This document shows, piece by piece, positions 10,135 to 20,109 of a DNA stretch of 64,000 bases. Source of the stretch: a virus; IMG/VR virus record IMGVR_UViG_3300028177_000003, positions 1-64,000 of that record; one strand, written 5' to 3'. The notes under the pieces are model-generated. The model was not told where the DNA came from, made no database searches, and saw nothing but the letters and a program-made list of their open reading frames with translations. Every line of letters begins with the position of its first letter. Position 1 is the first letter of the stretch. Made by a program: the position numbers and the translations under genes.

Positions 10135-13100
10135 CTACTCTCCGTCCACGAGGTCATCCAGGGCGGCTTCTCGGCCTTGCAGCGCCTGTTTTGCATCAAC
10201 GAGGGAACTGGAACCCAGAGTCTTCGCCGTGTTGCCCTGGGCTGCGAACTCGTCAAACAAGGACGTGTTGCGAGTGTCCAGAGTAGAACCCGCCAGGGCA
10301 TCCCGCCCCGCCTTCCAGGCGAGACCTTGCTGCGAGGCCAGCTGCTCCTGGTAGGCCTGAAGCGGATCCTCGTACAGGCGGACGTATTCTTCTGAGAACG
10401 CCTGGAGAAGGAAGGACGCCTCCACCCCCTTGCAGACGCACGTAGATGCCCCGATGGTGATGTTCGACAGGTTGGCAGCCGCGACCGCGCCTGTGACACT
10501 CTGCCCCCGGGAGAAAGAAGTCACAGGGTTGTTCCGAACCTTGATGTCCCGAGAGGCAGTGTCGTGGATCAAAGCCTCAACCGTCTCACTGGTGATGTTC
10601 TCCAGGGGGGTGTTAGCAGCAGCCAGGACCGCTGCCTGCTCCGCTGGGGGCAGGTTCGAGATGATTGTCTGGGGGTCCCCTCCATCCAGGTACAGGATGA
10701 AGAACTTCTCGACCGCGTCCAGGCTGGTGGCGTTAGAACCTACCGAACCCACGAAGGTCTGGGAGGACTCCGCCGCCAGGACGGGGTCGTCAGTGTCATC
10801 GCCCGAGGTTGTGCTTTGGAGCAGCTCGGACAACTTCTCGATGTTCACGCCCCGCCCGTAGGGCAGGTTGCCGTACACCTCGTAGCCCCCGGCGTCGGAC
10901 ACTGGGAAGATCGGAGAAAAGTTCTGGGTCGGCTCATAGTTGAGACCGGGGACGTAGACCACGTTGGTCTTTCCCTCTGGGACTGTGAGTGCCCCCTCGG
11001 TGTACTCCTCGATGAACTGGTACCTGGCGGCCATAAGCTCGGTGTAGTCTCCCTGAAACTCAGTGTCCGCCTTGACTACGTCGACCACTGTTCGGACGTA
11101 GTCCCAGAGGCCAGAGGCAAGTACCTGAGCCAGGAAGCTCACCTGCTCCATGTCGCCCTTCATCGGAGCGGTTGAACCTACAGTGTGAAGCTCAGATCCC
11201 TCAGGCCAGAACCCGTACTCCACGAGTGAGGATGCGATTGTCGTCACGAATGACTCAATCAGGGCCACTGCGGGGTCGGCCCTTGCGCCCACCGCGTCAG
11301 CGAAGGTGTTGATAGATGTGAGGAGACGCTGGTACTCAGTGTCGAAGCGATCCTTGATAGACGCCCCTGGGTCAGGCACCACCTTGATCGCCAGCAGTCC
11401 GGCCATAGATGTCATGGTGGTCGGAGGCATATCGAAGTTGGCCCCCTTATTCCACCCGGATGTCTTCACGGAGACCTTGAGCTCCTTGCGAACCGTCTGC
11501 GGACCGAAGGTGACGAACCGAATGTCACTGGTGGCCACAATCTGGCTGGGAAACTCGTGGTTCCCAGGGTGGGTCTTCTGGGAGAACGCCGCAATCTTGA
11601 TGCCTCTCTGGATCGCCCTGGGGGTGGTATCCAGAGCGATACCCATCCCGTTCCCCGCATCGGTAATGGCTCGGATCTGCGAGGTGGCGCCTTCCTCGGG
11701 AGGGTCTGGGAGTAGAACAGCACTGGTCCCTACCTCCTGGTCCACATACAGGTTCCCAGGACCCTGCATGGCCTCTACAGGATGCGAACAGGAATAGTAG
11801 CGATATCGCCCAGTCGCAGCAGTGCCCGGCGCGAAGAGCCCCTTGAGAGATGTCTGCAGGGAGAGGTAGTTGATGAGACCGGAGGAGTCCGGGGTGTCCA
11901 GACGGCTGGCCTTAGTCTGAATCTGGTGAATAACCAGCCCCAGCTCGGTACTCAGGTCCGGCTCGTAGGTTCCCGCCTTGATCGCTTCCGAGGCGCTGGT
12001 CCAGTTTTGCTGCACCTCGGACAGAGAGACCGTGACGGCTTCCGTGTTGGACGTGCGAATCAGGAAGGTGTCAGCCTCCACCCCTCTCTCAATGAACCCC
12101 GAGGCAAGAGCGATCTGGATGTAGCCCTCGGCAGTAATCGCTCCCGAGCCGAGGTCGATGGTGTTCAAGTTGACGTGGTCGGGGTCCAGAGCCATAACCA
12201 CATTCGGGAACCCGTAGGCTCTGGGAGGCCCCGTGTTTGCCTCCGCGTCTCCAGTCATGTACTGGTCGTAGCCGAACATCGGTAGGGGAGGGAACTCACC
12301 GGGGGCATCCAGGCGAACGTGCGAGAGGCTCGGAAGAGTGCCGTCGCCCGGTGTTTCCATGGGGGGCAGCCACTTTGCCCGCTTCGCCACCCCGTTGATA
12401 GTCGACGTGCACTGCCCTCCGTACTGAAACGAGTGGTTGATGCTCTGTGCGTAGAAGAAACAGTCCAGGTGTACCACGTACACAGGATAGCCAGCGCGCA
12501 TCTCCGGACGAAGAGGAATAGTGATGGATGCGCTCTTTACACCCACGTTCGCCAGGTCCAGACGGTTGATGGCCGACACGAACAACGCCTGTTTGTTGTT
12601 CATGTAGTTCGACTCGAAGGTCTCCTCCCGGTAGCCGTACTTCGCTACCAGTCTGTAGTCGATGAAGACGCCGCCGACTCCGAGCCAATTCTCCAGCCCG
12701 ACCCCGGTAATGTTCGCGAAGTGCGACCCCGTGCCCTTGCACATGGTCGCCTCAGGCTCGGTCTCTGTTTCGGAGATAGAGATGAGGTCCCGGTCCTCGA
12801 TGCGATACACCGGGTCGTCCCGAGTGTCCAGGTTGTACATGGGCGGCTTGTAGACCAGGTCCCCGTCCACGTCCTGGTAGAACTCGAAGCCTGTGATGGT
12901 CTTCACCAGTTCGATGATCTCCATCTTCGACATGTACTCGGTCTCGAACATGTTGACGGAGCCGATCTTGCCCACATCCAGAGTGAACGCGGCCATGGAC
13001 AGCACGTCCAGCGTCGCTTTCTTGCCGGACTTGTCGTCGCGGTACGCTCCGGCTGAGGTCATGTAGGGGTCGTACTGAGTCGCCGCCAGCGCGTCCAGGA

Positions 13101-14052
13101 TCTTCCTGTACCTCGTTAGGTCGAAGTCGTTGTTGTCCTTCTGTGCGTTGATGACTGTCTGGGCCAGCTTGAACAACGGCGTCTTCTCGTTGTCCCTATC
13201 CTCTCGGGAATCGTACCAGGACCCCAGGTAGGCTTGCTGGTACGCATTCATGATCGAGCCGTTCATCCCGTACATGCGCAAGGAGCCCGAGTGCTCGGTC
13301 CAGCGCTTCGCCCACCACTCCGCCGCGTGCGCATACAGAGCCTTTCGGTCGTCGTCGTCTACAGCGGCGATGTTAGAGCCCTGACTGATCTGGAACTCTA
13401 CACCGAACGCTGCGCCGAAGCCTACCTTCACCAGTGTGTACACGATTGAGTACGGGTTGGTGTTGGTGAACACATGTCCGATGAGACTGGGGGACACCTG
13501 GGAGTTGTCGGGTCTGTCTCCGATGACCGCGCCGTTCGTGGACAGCTTCTGGTTCTGCCAGAAGTGAAGCAGGTTTGCACACTGGAGTGTGGCTGTGTAG
13601 AAGCCCCCGTTGAAGTCATGCGTGACTGAAGTGACCACGCCTCGGAAGACCTGGTAGTACGGATACACCGGCGTGTCGTCCGCGATGAAGCCGCCCATGT
13701 CCGACGGGTCCTGGCCCATTCCAGCGATGCCGGTCATCGGGAAGTAGCCCCGCATGAAGATGACTACCTCCAGCGAGGGCTGGAGGATGTAGTTCCCGTC
13801 GTAGGAGAACACGTCCGACTCGTGTCGGGGAATGGCCAGGGTGAGGTTTGCGCTGGCGATAGGGTCCGTGGTGGCGTCGCAAGAGACCTGCGTGACGTAC
13901 TTCTGGAAGTTGAGACCCTTGTTGCACGTCGCGCAGGTCGCCATCTCACTGTGGCCGTTGATCAAGACAATGGCGTCTGGCGTATGACGCACCAGCGTCT
14001 TGTTCGCCATCTGCCAGGACCCGATAAACGGGCGCTCGGTGGAAGAGGACAT
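10135..14052 (-). CDS. Baseplate hub protein (gp27/gpD-like), large
   Basis: 1305 aa; YQVFRGVVTSV, FEFYQDVDGDLVYKPPMY and ASITIPLRPEMRAGYPV segments resemble myophage hub proteins; consistent synteny. Confidence 0.65.
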   Translation of the reverse strand: MSSSTERPFIGSWQMANKTLVRHTPDAIVLINGHSEMATCATCNKGLNFQKYVTQVSCDATTDPIASANLTLAIPRHESDVFSYDGNYILQPSLEVVIFMRGYFPMTGIAGMGQDPSDMGGFIADDTPVYPYYQVFRGVVTSVTHDFNGGFYTATLQCANLLHFWQNQKLSTNGAVIGDRPDNSQVSPSLIGHVFTNTNPYSIVYTLVKVGFGAAFGVEFQISQGSNIAAVDDDDRKALYAHAAEWWAKRWTEHSGSLRMYGMNGSIMNAYQQAYLGSWYDSREDRDNEKTPLFKLAQTVINAQKDNNDFDLTRYRKILDALAATQYDPYMTSAGAYRDDKSGKKATLDVLSMAAFTLDVGKIGSVNMFETEYMSKMEIIELVKTITGFEFYQDVDGDLVYKPPMYNLDTRDDPVYRIEDRDLISISETETEPEATMCKGTGSHFANITGVGLENWLGVGGVFIDYRLVAKYGYREETFESNYMNNKQALFVSAINRLDLANVGVKSASITIPLRPEMRAGYPVYVVHLDCFFYAQSINHSFQYGGQCTSTINGVAKRAKWLPPMETPGDGTLPSLSHVRLDAPGEFPPLPMFGYDQYMTGDAEANTGPPRAYGFPNVVMALDPDHVNLNTIDLGSGAITAEGYIQIALASGFIERGVEADTFLIRTSNTEAVTVSLSEVQQNWTSASEAIKAGTYEPDLSTELGLVIHQIQTKASRLDTPDSSGLINYLSLQTSLKGLFAPGTAATGRYRYYSCSHPVEAMQGPGNLYVDQEVGTSAVLLPDPPEEGATSQIRAITDAGNGMGIALDTTPRAIQRGIKIAAFSQKTHPGNHEFPSQIVATSDIRFVTFGPQTVRKELKVSVKTSGWNKGANFDMPPTTMTSMAGLLAIKVVPDPGASIKDRFDTEYQRLLTSINTFADAVGARADPAVALIESFVTTIASSLVEYGFWPEGSELHTVGSTAPMKGDMEQVSFLAQVLASGLWDYVRTVVDVVKADTEFQGDYTELMAARYQFIEEYTEGALTVPEGKTNVVYVPGLNYEPTQNFSPIFPVSDAGGYEVYGNLPYGRGVNIEKLSELLQSTTSGDDTDDPVLAAESSQTFVGSVGSNATSLDAVEKFFILYLDGGDPQTIISNLPPAEQAAVLAAANTPLENITSETVEALIHDTASRDIKVRNNPVTSFSRGQSVTGAVAAANLSNITIGASTCVCKGVEASFLLQAFSEEYVRLYEDPLQAYQEQLASQQGLAWKAGRDALAGSTLDTRNTSLFDEFAAQGNTAKTLGSSSLVDAKQALQGREAALDDLVDGE

Positions 14053-14055
14053 ACG

Positions 14056-15159
14056 CTACGGCACCAGGAGTGAGAGTGGTGTCGAGGCTTGCTCAAGCGC
14101 GGACGGACCAGTGGTCTCGAACCACCCACCCCCAAAAGAAGCATCGGGGCGAGCTGTGAAGGCAGGGCCTGGCCGACCAGGGTAGGACGGGTTCGGCTGC
14201 GGAGCGACCATCGGCTGAACCACGACCGGCGTCTCAGCGTTGTCGTACATGATCCCTACGACGAACTCCATGGACCACTCGATTCGATGAGGTGAGGCTT
14301 CCTGGTAGGAGTAGTCGAAGCTCTCGATGTGCCCCACGTAGGTGAACTGGTCGTAGTCGATGGCCACGGCTCCGATCATCAGGTGGGCTTCGGAGCCCCC
14401 GATGGTGTCGTAGAGGTAGCCGTTGTTCCGGTAGAACTGGTACAAGGCAGTAAAGTTCTGGAAGGCCGCGCTGTCCCGCTTGGAGGCAAACTGCACCCCG
14501 CTGGGAGAGTCAGTGCTCGTCGCGCCGGGGATTGCGTTTTGAGGGTTCGCAGCCGCCATGAACACACCGGTTCTTCCGGAGAACGAGAGCGTGACCTGAG
14601 CCTCGCCCCAGCGCTCAAAGAGGTATCCGTTCCGACCTCGGTTTGAGTACTGCTGCACCGCTCCGAACGTCTTGGTCATCTCGGAAGGGTTGACGAACAA
14701 CGTCAGGGTCGGCGCATTCAGGATCCTCTCTACCTGCAGCGCGATGTCAGCTGCCGTGTTCGCATCTGTTAGCACCACGCGCTCAGTAGTGGTTGTAGAC
14801 GAGGAGACTACCTGGCCAGCGGAGACAATCTGCTGGAGCGCGCCTTCCACGCCCCCGTTGGACACCCCGCCCACAGTAGCCGAACCGAAGAGGTCTCGCA
14901 CAGACTTCGCTGCGGTCTCGAACTCCTCGGTCGACTGGTTCGCTCTTCCGAGTAGATTGACGTCCACCCCGGAAGAAACTCCCACGAGCTCGGGCACGAT
15001 GAGACGCATGGCAAATGGAGACAGGTCCCGAAGCAGAGGGTTCCCTGCATCTACCGGAAGCCCCTTCTGGGTCTCGAAGGAGTACACCAGGTCGGGACCC
15101 ACCGCGAGGTTCCCGTACCTGTCTCCAATGAGGTCTTCCCTGATTTCGATTTTAGCCAT
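14056..15159 (-). CDS. Tail tube initiator/baseplate-tube junction-like protein
   Basis: LTLFVNPSEM...ERWGE...YVGHIESFDYS...PHRIEWSMEF; paralogous to 15171-15782; lies between the tape measure and hub genes. Confidence 0.55.
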   Translation of the reverse strand: MAKIEIREDLIGDRYGNLAVGPDLVYSFETQKGLPVDAGNPLLRDLSPFAMRLIVPELVGVSSGVDVNLLGRANQSTEEFETAAKSVRDLFGSATVGGVSNGGVEGALQQIVSAGQVVSSSTTTTERVVLTDANTAADIALQVERILNAPTLTLFVNPSEMTKTFGAVQQYSNRGRNGYLFERWGEAQVTLSFSGRTGVFMAAANPQNAIPGATSTDSPSGVQFASKRDSAAFQNFTALYQFYRNNGYLYDTIGGSEAHLMIGAVAIDYDQFTYVGHIESFDYSYQEASPHRIEWSMEFVVGIMYDNAETPVVVQPMVAPQPNPSYPGRPGPAFTARPDASFGGGWFETTGPSALEQASTPLSLLVP

Positions 15160-15170
15160 GGTGCGTTTTC

Positions 15171-15782
15171 CTACACAGCCGAGCTGAGGCTGACTACGGT
15201 CCTCCAGACCTGGATTTCCTTGTCCACAGTCAGGGTGGTGGACATCGTGAACATGAAGGGCTTCTCGGCGCTCTCTGTCACGGTGAAGTTTTCGAACCAG
15301 CCCAGGTACACTCCTCCGTCGAAGGTCACCTTGATGATACCTTGCAGAGCGATCTGCCCGTCCGTGCCGTACACTGAGCCGTTGTTGTGGAACAGGGCCA
15401 GGAGGTCCAGGTAGGTGTCATAGGCCAGAGACTCTCGGCGAGTGCCTCCGGTGAGAGCGGGCGAGGTCACGTTTGACAACCCCGTGTACAACCGCATGAA
15501 CCCGCCCGTGGCGGCGTCGAAGTCGATGCTCTGCGTGTCGTCCCCCCAGTGCTGCTCCACGAACCCGCCCTTTGTCTGGATCCGCTCCACCTTCCGAGCG
15601 TACTTGATGGACATCGAGCTCGGGTTGACGTGAAGGACCATCTTGATCCCGTCCGGGAGGATCGAGGTCTCCTTGTCCGGCCCCAGGATGTCGAAGATCA
15701 CAGGACGGACGCCCCTACCTGAGAACTCGTCTTCCTCCCGAGCAGGGAAGGCTCCTGTGAAGAGTGGCTGACCGCCTGCCAT
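15171..15782 (-). CDS. Tail tube initiator-like protein
   Basis: VLHVNPSSM...VEQHWGD...YLGWFENFTVTESAEKPFMF; directly after the tape measure gene (TGATG overlap). Confidence 0.55.
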   Translation of the reverse strand: MAGGQPLFTGAFPAREEDEFSGRGVRPVIFDILGPDKETSILPDGIKMVLHVNPSSMSIKYARKVERIQTKGGFVEQHWGDDTQSIDFDAATGGFMRLYTGLSNVTSPALTGGTRRESLAYDTYLDLLALFHNNGSVYGTDGQIALQGIIKVTFDGGVYLGWFENFTVTESAEKPFMFTMSTTLTVDKEIQVWRTVVSLSSAV

Positions 15783-18700
15783 CAGTACGACTTCATGTTG
15801 GAGTAGCCGGTGTCCTGGAGGACCTTAGTCACCACCCGTCTGACTTCCTCCAGGTTCCCTCCGTTGATGTTGATGACCGCTGTCTTCGAGCCGCCCATCC
15901 CCTTGTGGATAGCCCCACCCGGCTTCGCTCCGAAGAACTCGTCCATCTTGTTGATGGGAGTGATGCTGCCCCGGACTCCGTCTCCTCGGTAGATGAAGTC
16001 GTCCACCCGGTCTTCGTGCTCCCAGAACTTTGTCGGAACGCCCGCGCTGGCAAGCAGCTGGCGCTCCTCCAGGGTGAGCCCTCCCTTCTTGAGGGCTTCC
16101 ACAACAGAGCCCCACTCCCCCTTATTGATGCCTGCGGTCACGTCGGCAAAGGATGAGGCACCCGCAAGATCTGTCATCGCTGCCTGCTTGTCCTGCTCCA
16201 CCAGGGCTTTCACAACGTCTTCGAACCCTTCCTCGGCTGTTTTCTCCGCCTTCTCTTCAAGGGCGAGCAGGTCCGCGTCGACCTTCTTCATCTCCTCGGT
16301 CTTAGCCACGAGCTCGCTCAGGAACGTGCCGTTGTCCTCGGAGACCTTAGTCCAGTCCATAACGTCCACGGTCTCTGTCTCGGGCTTCATGTGTTCACCG
16401 AACCCGACCATTTTGCCCGTGAACCTGTCTTCGGTCTTTGTGAGGCCATTAGCCTTTGCCAGGGCGAGCATTTCGGGGTTGCTGTTGAGATCCCCGTACA
16501 TCCCCTTCAGAGCCTCTTCCGGGCTCTTCCCTTCTTGCAAGGCTCCTCGGTAGTCCTTCTCTCGCCCAACCATCTGCTTCTTCCCTTCCATCCGGGCCTG
16601 GAGCTGTGCGATGTTCTTCTCAAGCGCCAGCTTCTTCTCGGGGTCCTTCTCTCCCTTCAACTCGGTCTGCAATCCCTTGATCTCGTCCCCATAGCTACCG
16701 ATTGCAGCTCGCAGACCGTCCTCCGTCTTGAGGGACTTGATGCGAGCCTCGTTCGCCCTTTTCCCCTCCTCGGCCATGTCTGGGAAGAAGGTCAGAATCA
16801 GCTCCAGGACCCCGTAGATCTTATCCAGGACGATCGCGATGCCGTTGCTCAAGGTCTGCGAGATCGAGGTGGTCTCCTTGAGAGAATCCCGAGCGGTCTG
16901 CTCCATGAGGGTGTACTGCTTCTCCTGCATGGCCTCGAGCTCTTCGTTGTCAACGAGCTTGCCCGAGGCGAGAGCTTCTGAGAACTCCATCCCGTCGAAG
17001 CCTGCCGCACCGCCCTTCATCTCGTACTTCGCCATGAGACCGGTCTCCAGAGCTGCTCGGCGATCGAACTCCTCTCCGTTGATGCCCAGGATTTCTTCCA
17101 TCATCGCTCGTTGCATCCCGGTCATATCTCGGAGCATCTTGCCGCCGCGCATCGCGGAACCTTCGTTGAGCTGTAGGGCCAGCTCTCCCGTCTTACTGGC
17201 TGAGCCCAGACCGGTCACGCCGCCCGCGTTGAGCTTCTGCATGTCGTCGAGCTTTCGAGCTGCTGCGGGGTCTACAGCGGCGACCTTGGTCCAGGTATCC
17301 CCGAACTCCTTGCCCTGGAGCTTTGACAAGGCCACCAGGTCCAGAGTGCGGTTGTCACCTTCCCCCGTCATCATGTCTCCGAGACCCGCCTTCTCCAGAC
17401 GATCGCCGAAGGTGTTGCCGAAGTCCCTCGCCTGCGCCTTAGCATCGGCGGCCATGATCTTATCCTGCCGACCTCCCCCAGACAAAATACGAGACTTGTA
17501 CTTGTCCTGCATGCTCATGTTTCGGTAGGTGCCCTTGACGCCGATCTCCTCCTTCGCCAGGTCCTCACCGATGATCTTTACCAGGTCTGTGAAGAGACCC
17601 ACCGTGTCTGCTACTCGGAAGTTGTACAGGGCCATTCCCGAGGTCGCGCCGTTGATCGCCGCGAAGAAGTCCTTGGTGTTCATCCCCGCTTTGCCGGCCT
17701 GCTCCCCGATCATCCCGAACGCGCCCTGGACCTTGTCCAGACCAGCACCCAGGTCTCGGTTCATCAGGTTCGCAAACTCGGCGATCTCGGAGATCCCGAC
17801 CCCCAGACCCTTCGAGGCGGTGATAGCCGTGGCCGCCAGCTGCGTGTAGCGCCCCACATCAGAAGAAGCGTTCCGGGCGAACCCGGAGAACTCCTTGATG
17901 GTGATGCCAGCCTCGTGGAAGGCAGTGATAGCCCCCATGGTGTCTTCCTTAGACATTCGGAAGTCCCAGGCGACATCGGTGGCGGCTTCACGCAAGTCTG
18001 ATAGAGAGTGCGCCAGCCCGTCCGAGGAGACCCCCTGCAGGTCCATCGCGCTGATTCCCTCCATCAACGCCTTGTTCATGTCCTTGGCCTGCCCGTAGGC
18101 AGCGGCAAAGAGAGCAACCACAGCGGCGATGCCCGCAGCGGCAGCGGCCAGAGTGCCTGCAGCCACGCTGAGTCCTGCGATGGCTGCTCCTCCTGCCTCG
18201 GTTCCCGCCGCCCCTCCGGCCATCAACTCACCAGCCCCAGCTTCTGCCGCTCCCGAGAGCCCCTTCATCAAGGACTCTGCGAACCCCGAGGCCGAAGTAG
18301 TGTCCAGAGTGAGAGCACCCTCCATCGCGGTCTTGAACTTGTCCGCTCCTGCCTCAACAGACTCAGTAGTGGAGCGGTCGCGCCTTTTCCGAGCGCGCTC
18401 CAGCAAGCTCATGCGATGTTCGGTGGCCTTGTCCGCTCGGTCGATGAGCTTCTCTTGAGCCTTCTGCTCCATCTTGAGACGCATCTGGAGCGCTTCTCGC
18501 TCCATCTTCATCCGCTCGCGGGTCTCCTCGTCCTTCTCCCGCTCAATCTCGCTGGACTTGTCGGCAATTTCGTTCGCGGTCTTGAGCTGCTGCTGGCCCG
18601 CAGCCTTCAGCTCGTCCCGTAGCACATAGGCACCCTTTCGGAAGCCTGTCTCCAGCATATTGCTGAAAGTCTGCGCGACCTTGAGCTGAGTCTGCTTTGT

Positions 18701-18835
18701 CCCTACAATTACGCCCTGCCGCACACCCTTGGCTGTAGCATCACCTGTTAGTTTGGTGATCTCCTTCGAGAAGTCCCGCCCACGGGTCACTGACCCGAGA
18801 GCAAGATCTACAATCGCCTTGATGGATACGGACAC
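15782..18835 (-). CDS. Tail tape measure protein
   Basis: 1017 aa, helical, Ala/Gly/Lys/Glu-rich, with coiled coils and a hydrophobic Ala-rich stretch; between chaperone-like and baseplate genes. Confidence 0.75.
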   Translation of the reverse strand: MSVSIKAIVDLALGSVTRGRDFSKEITKLTGDATAKGVRQGVIVGTKQTQLKVAQTFSNMLETGFRKGAYVLRDELKAAGQQQLKTANEIADKSSEIEREKDEETRERMKMEREALQMRLKMEQKAQEKLIDRADKATEHRMSLLERARKRRDRSTTESVEAGADKFKTAMEGALTLDTTSASGFAESLMKGLSGAAEAGAGELMAGGAAGTEAGGAAIAGLSVAAGTLAAAAAGIAAVVALFAAAYGQAKDMNKALMEGISAMDLQGVSSDGLAHSLSDLREAATDVAWDFRMSKEDTMGAITAFHEAGITIKEFSGFARNASSDVGRYTQLAATAITASKGLGVGISEIAEFANLMNRDLGAGLDKVQGAFGMIGEQAGKAGMNTKDFFAAINGATSGMALYNFRVADTVGLFTDLVKIIGEDLAKEEIGVKGTYRNMSMQDKYKSRILSGGGRQDKIMAADAKAQARDFGNTFGDRLEKAGLGDMMTGEGDNRTLDLVALSKLQGKEFGDTWTKVAAVDPAAARKLDDMQKLNAGGVTGLGSASKTGELALQLNEGSAMRGGKMLRDMTGMQRAMMEEILGINGEEFDRRAALETGLMAKYEMKGGAAGFDGMEFSEALASGKLVDNEELEAMQEKQYTLMEQTARDSLKETTSISQTLSNGIAIVLDKIYGVLELILTFFPDMAEEGKRANEARIKSLKTEDGLRAAIGSYGDEIKGLQTELKGEKDPEKKLALEKNIAQLQARMEGKKQMVGREKDYRGALQEGKSPEEALKGMYGDLNSNPEMLALAKANGLTKTEDRFTGKMVGFGEHMKPETETVDVMDWTKVSEDNGTFLSELVAKTEEMKKVDADLLALEEKAEKTAEEGFEDVVKALVEQDKQAAMTDLAGASSFADVTAGINKGEWGSVVEALKKGGLTLEERQLLASAGVPTKFWEHEDRVDDFIYRGDGVRGSITPINKMDEFFGAKPGGAIHKGMGGSKTAVININGGNLEEVRRVVTKVLQDTGYSNMKSY

Positions 18836-18879
18836 TAAACGCCTCGTCTGTGTTTCCCGATAGCCTCACCAGTGGAAGC

Positions 18880-20106
18880 TCAGCCCTCGGAAATCTTAGG
18901 TGACCGCTTCGCGATCTTCTCCTGCAACGAACCCTCGTCCTCTGGGGTCTTTCCGGGCTTCTGGGTCATGTCCTGAACCTTGAGAGATGGGGTGAGCTCC
19001 CCCGCTCGCAGCTGCGGCTTGAAGTATCTGTCGAACATGTAGGAGGTCTGCGCGCTCTCTGGGATGCGAGCCGTAGTGCGGGCCTCCAGCGCTCCGGGAC
19101 TGAGGTCCTCGAGCTGCTCCTTGGTGTACCCCACCAGGGGAGAAGCCCCCCTGTCTTCGGCAGCGTCGGCGCGAGCCCGAGCCTCGTCGACCTTCTGACG
19201 GTACGCCTTGTGCTTCTGTTCTGTCTGGTCCCGAATCCCCTTGTGGTATTGGGCCACCATCGTATCGTGGAAGTCGGTCTCTCCCTCGACCACCTTGCGC
19301 ATCTCCTCTTCCAGATCCGACACCGTGCTGGCTGAGTGGATGCGACCTACCTTCACATCCTGGCCGTTCACCTTTACAGTGATCTCTTCCTTGTCCTCCA
19401 GACCGTAGATGACCCAGTTGACAGCTGCCTCAATGACACGCTGGCGACGAGTCTGCTCTGTCTGTTCGTCGGCCTCCACTGCCTTTGCCAGCTGCTTCCC
19501 ACCCTTGTTCGAAAGGGAGGACACGATAGCACGGGTGTGTGCCCACTGGGTATTCCTCTCCTTCGCCTCGTCCTCTGAAAGGTTGTGTGCGACCCAGATG
19601 CGCTTCACGGGGTTCTGGTCAGCCAGCTTGTGCGGCTTCCGTCCCTCCATGCGCCAGAGACCTCTGGAGTAGGGCTCGTAGCAGAACGCCTCCACCAGCC
19701 GCAACGCCCTACTTGTCCGTCGGCGGAGCCCGTCGATCGTAGAGGCCAGAACCTCTACGTGGTGACGGTGCAAGTCCCGGACCCAGTACCTGTGGATCCA
19801 GTAGGCTGCGTTCTGGGAGGCGTCCAGAGGGATTTCGAACCCGTCGACCATCCAGATGGAGGACGACACGGTCCAGCGCAACACGGGGAGCGCAGCGGGA
19901 GCGTTCATAGTTCGAGCGCTCAGACGATCCAGGTCCCGAGGGTTTAGGGTTCTGAGCACTACCTCGTGCTCTCCCATAGACACACCGTGGTGCAGGAACC
20001 CGGTGGTCACGAGATCCTCTACGTCTCTGTAGAGGAACCTCCGAGCCCCGGATTCCTGTAGGAGAGCATCTTCGGCGGCGTCCCGAAGCATGGTCTCCCG
20101 GTCCAC
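18880..20106 (-). CDS. Tail assembly chaperone-like protein 2
   Basis: 408-aa ORF immediately upstream of the tape measure gene; VVLRTLNPRD resembles VTIRPLLPRE of the neighbour. Function inferred from position. Confidence 0.45.
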   Translation of the reverse strand: MDRETMLRDAAEDALLQESGARRFLYRDVEDLVTTGFLHHGVSMGEHEVVLRTLNPRDLDRLSARTMNAPAALPVLRWTVSSSIWMVDGFEIPLDASQNAAYWIHRYWVRDLHRHHVEVLASTIDGLRRRTSRALRLVEAFCYEPYSRGLWRMEGRKPHKLADQNPVKRIWVAHNLSEDEAKERNTQWAHTRAIVSSLSNKGGKQLAKAVEADEQTEQTRRQRVIEAAVNWVIYGLEDKEEITVKVNGQDVKVGRIHSASTVSDLEEEMRKVVEGETDFHDTMVAQYHKGIRDQTEQKHKAYRQKVDEARARADAAEDRGASPLVGYTKEQLEDLSPGALEARTTARIPESAQTSYMFDRYFKPQLRAGELTPSLKVQDMTQKPGKTPEDEGSLQEKIAKRSPKISEG

Positions 20107-20109
20107 GGG

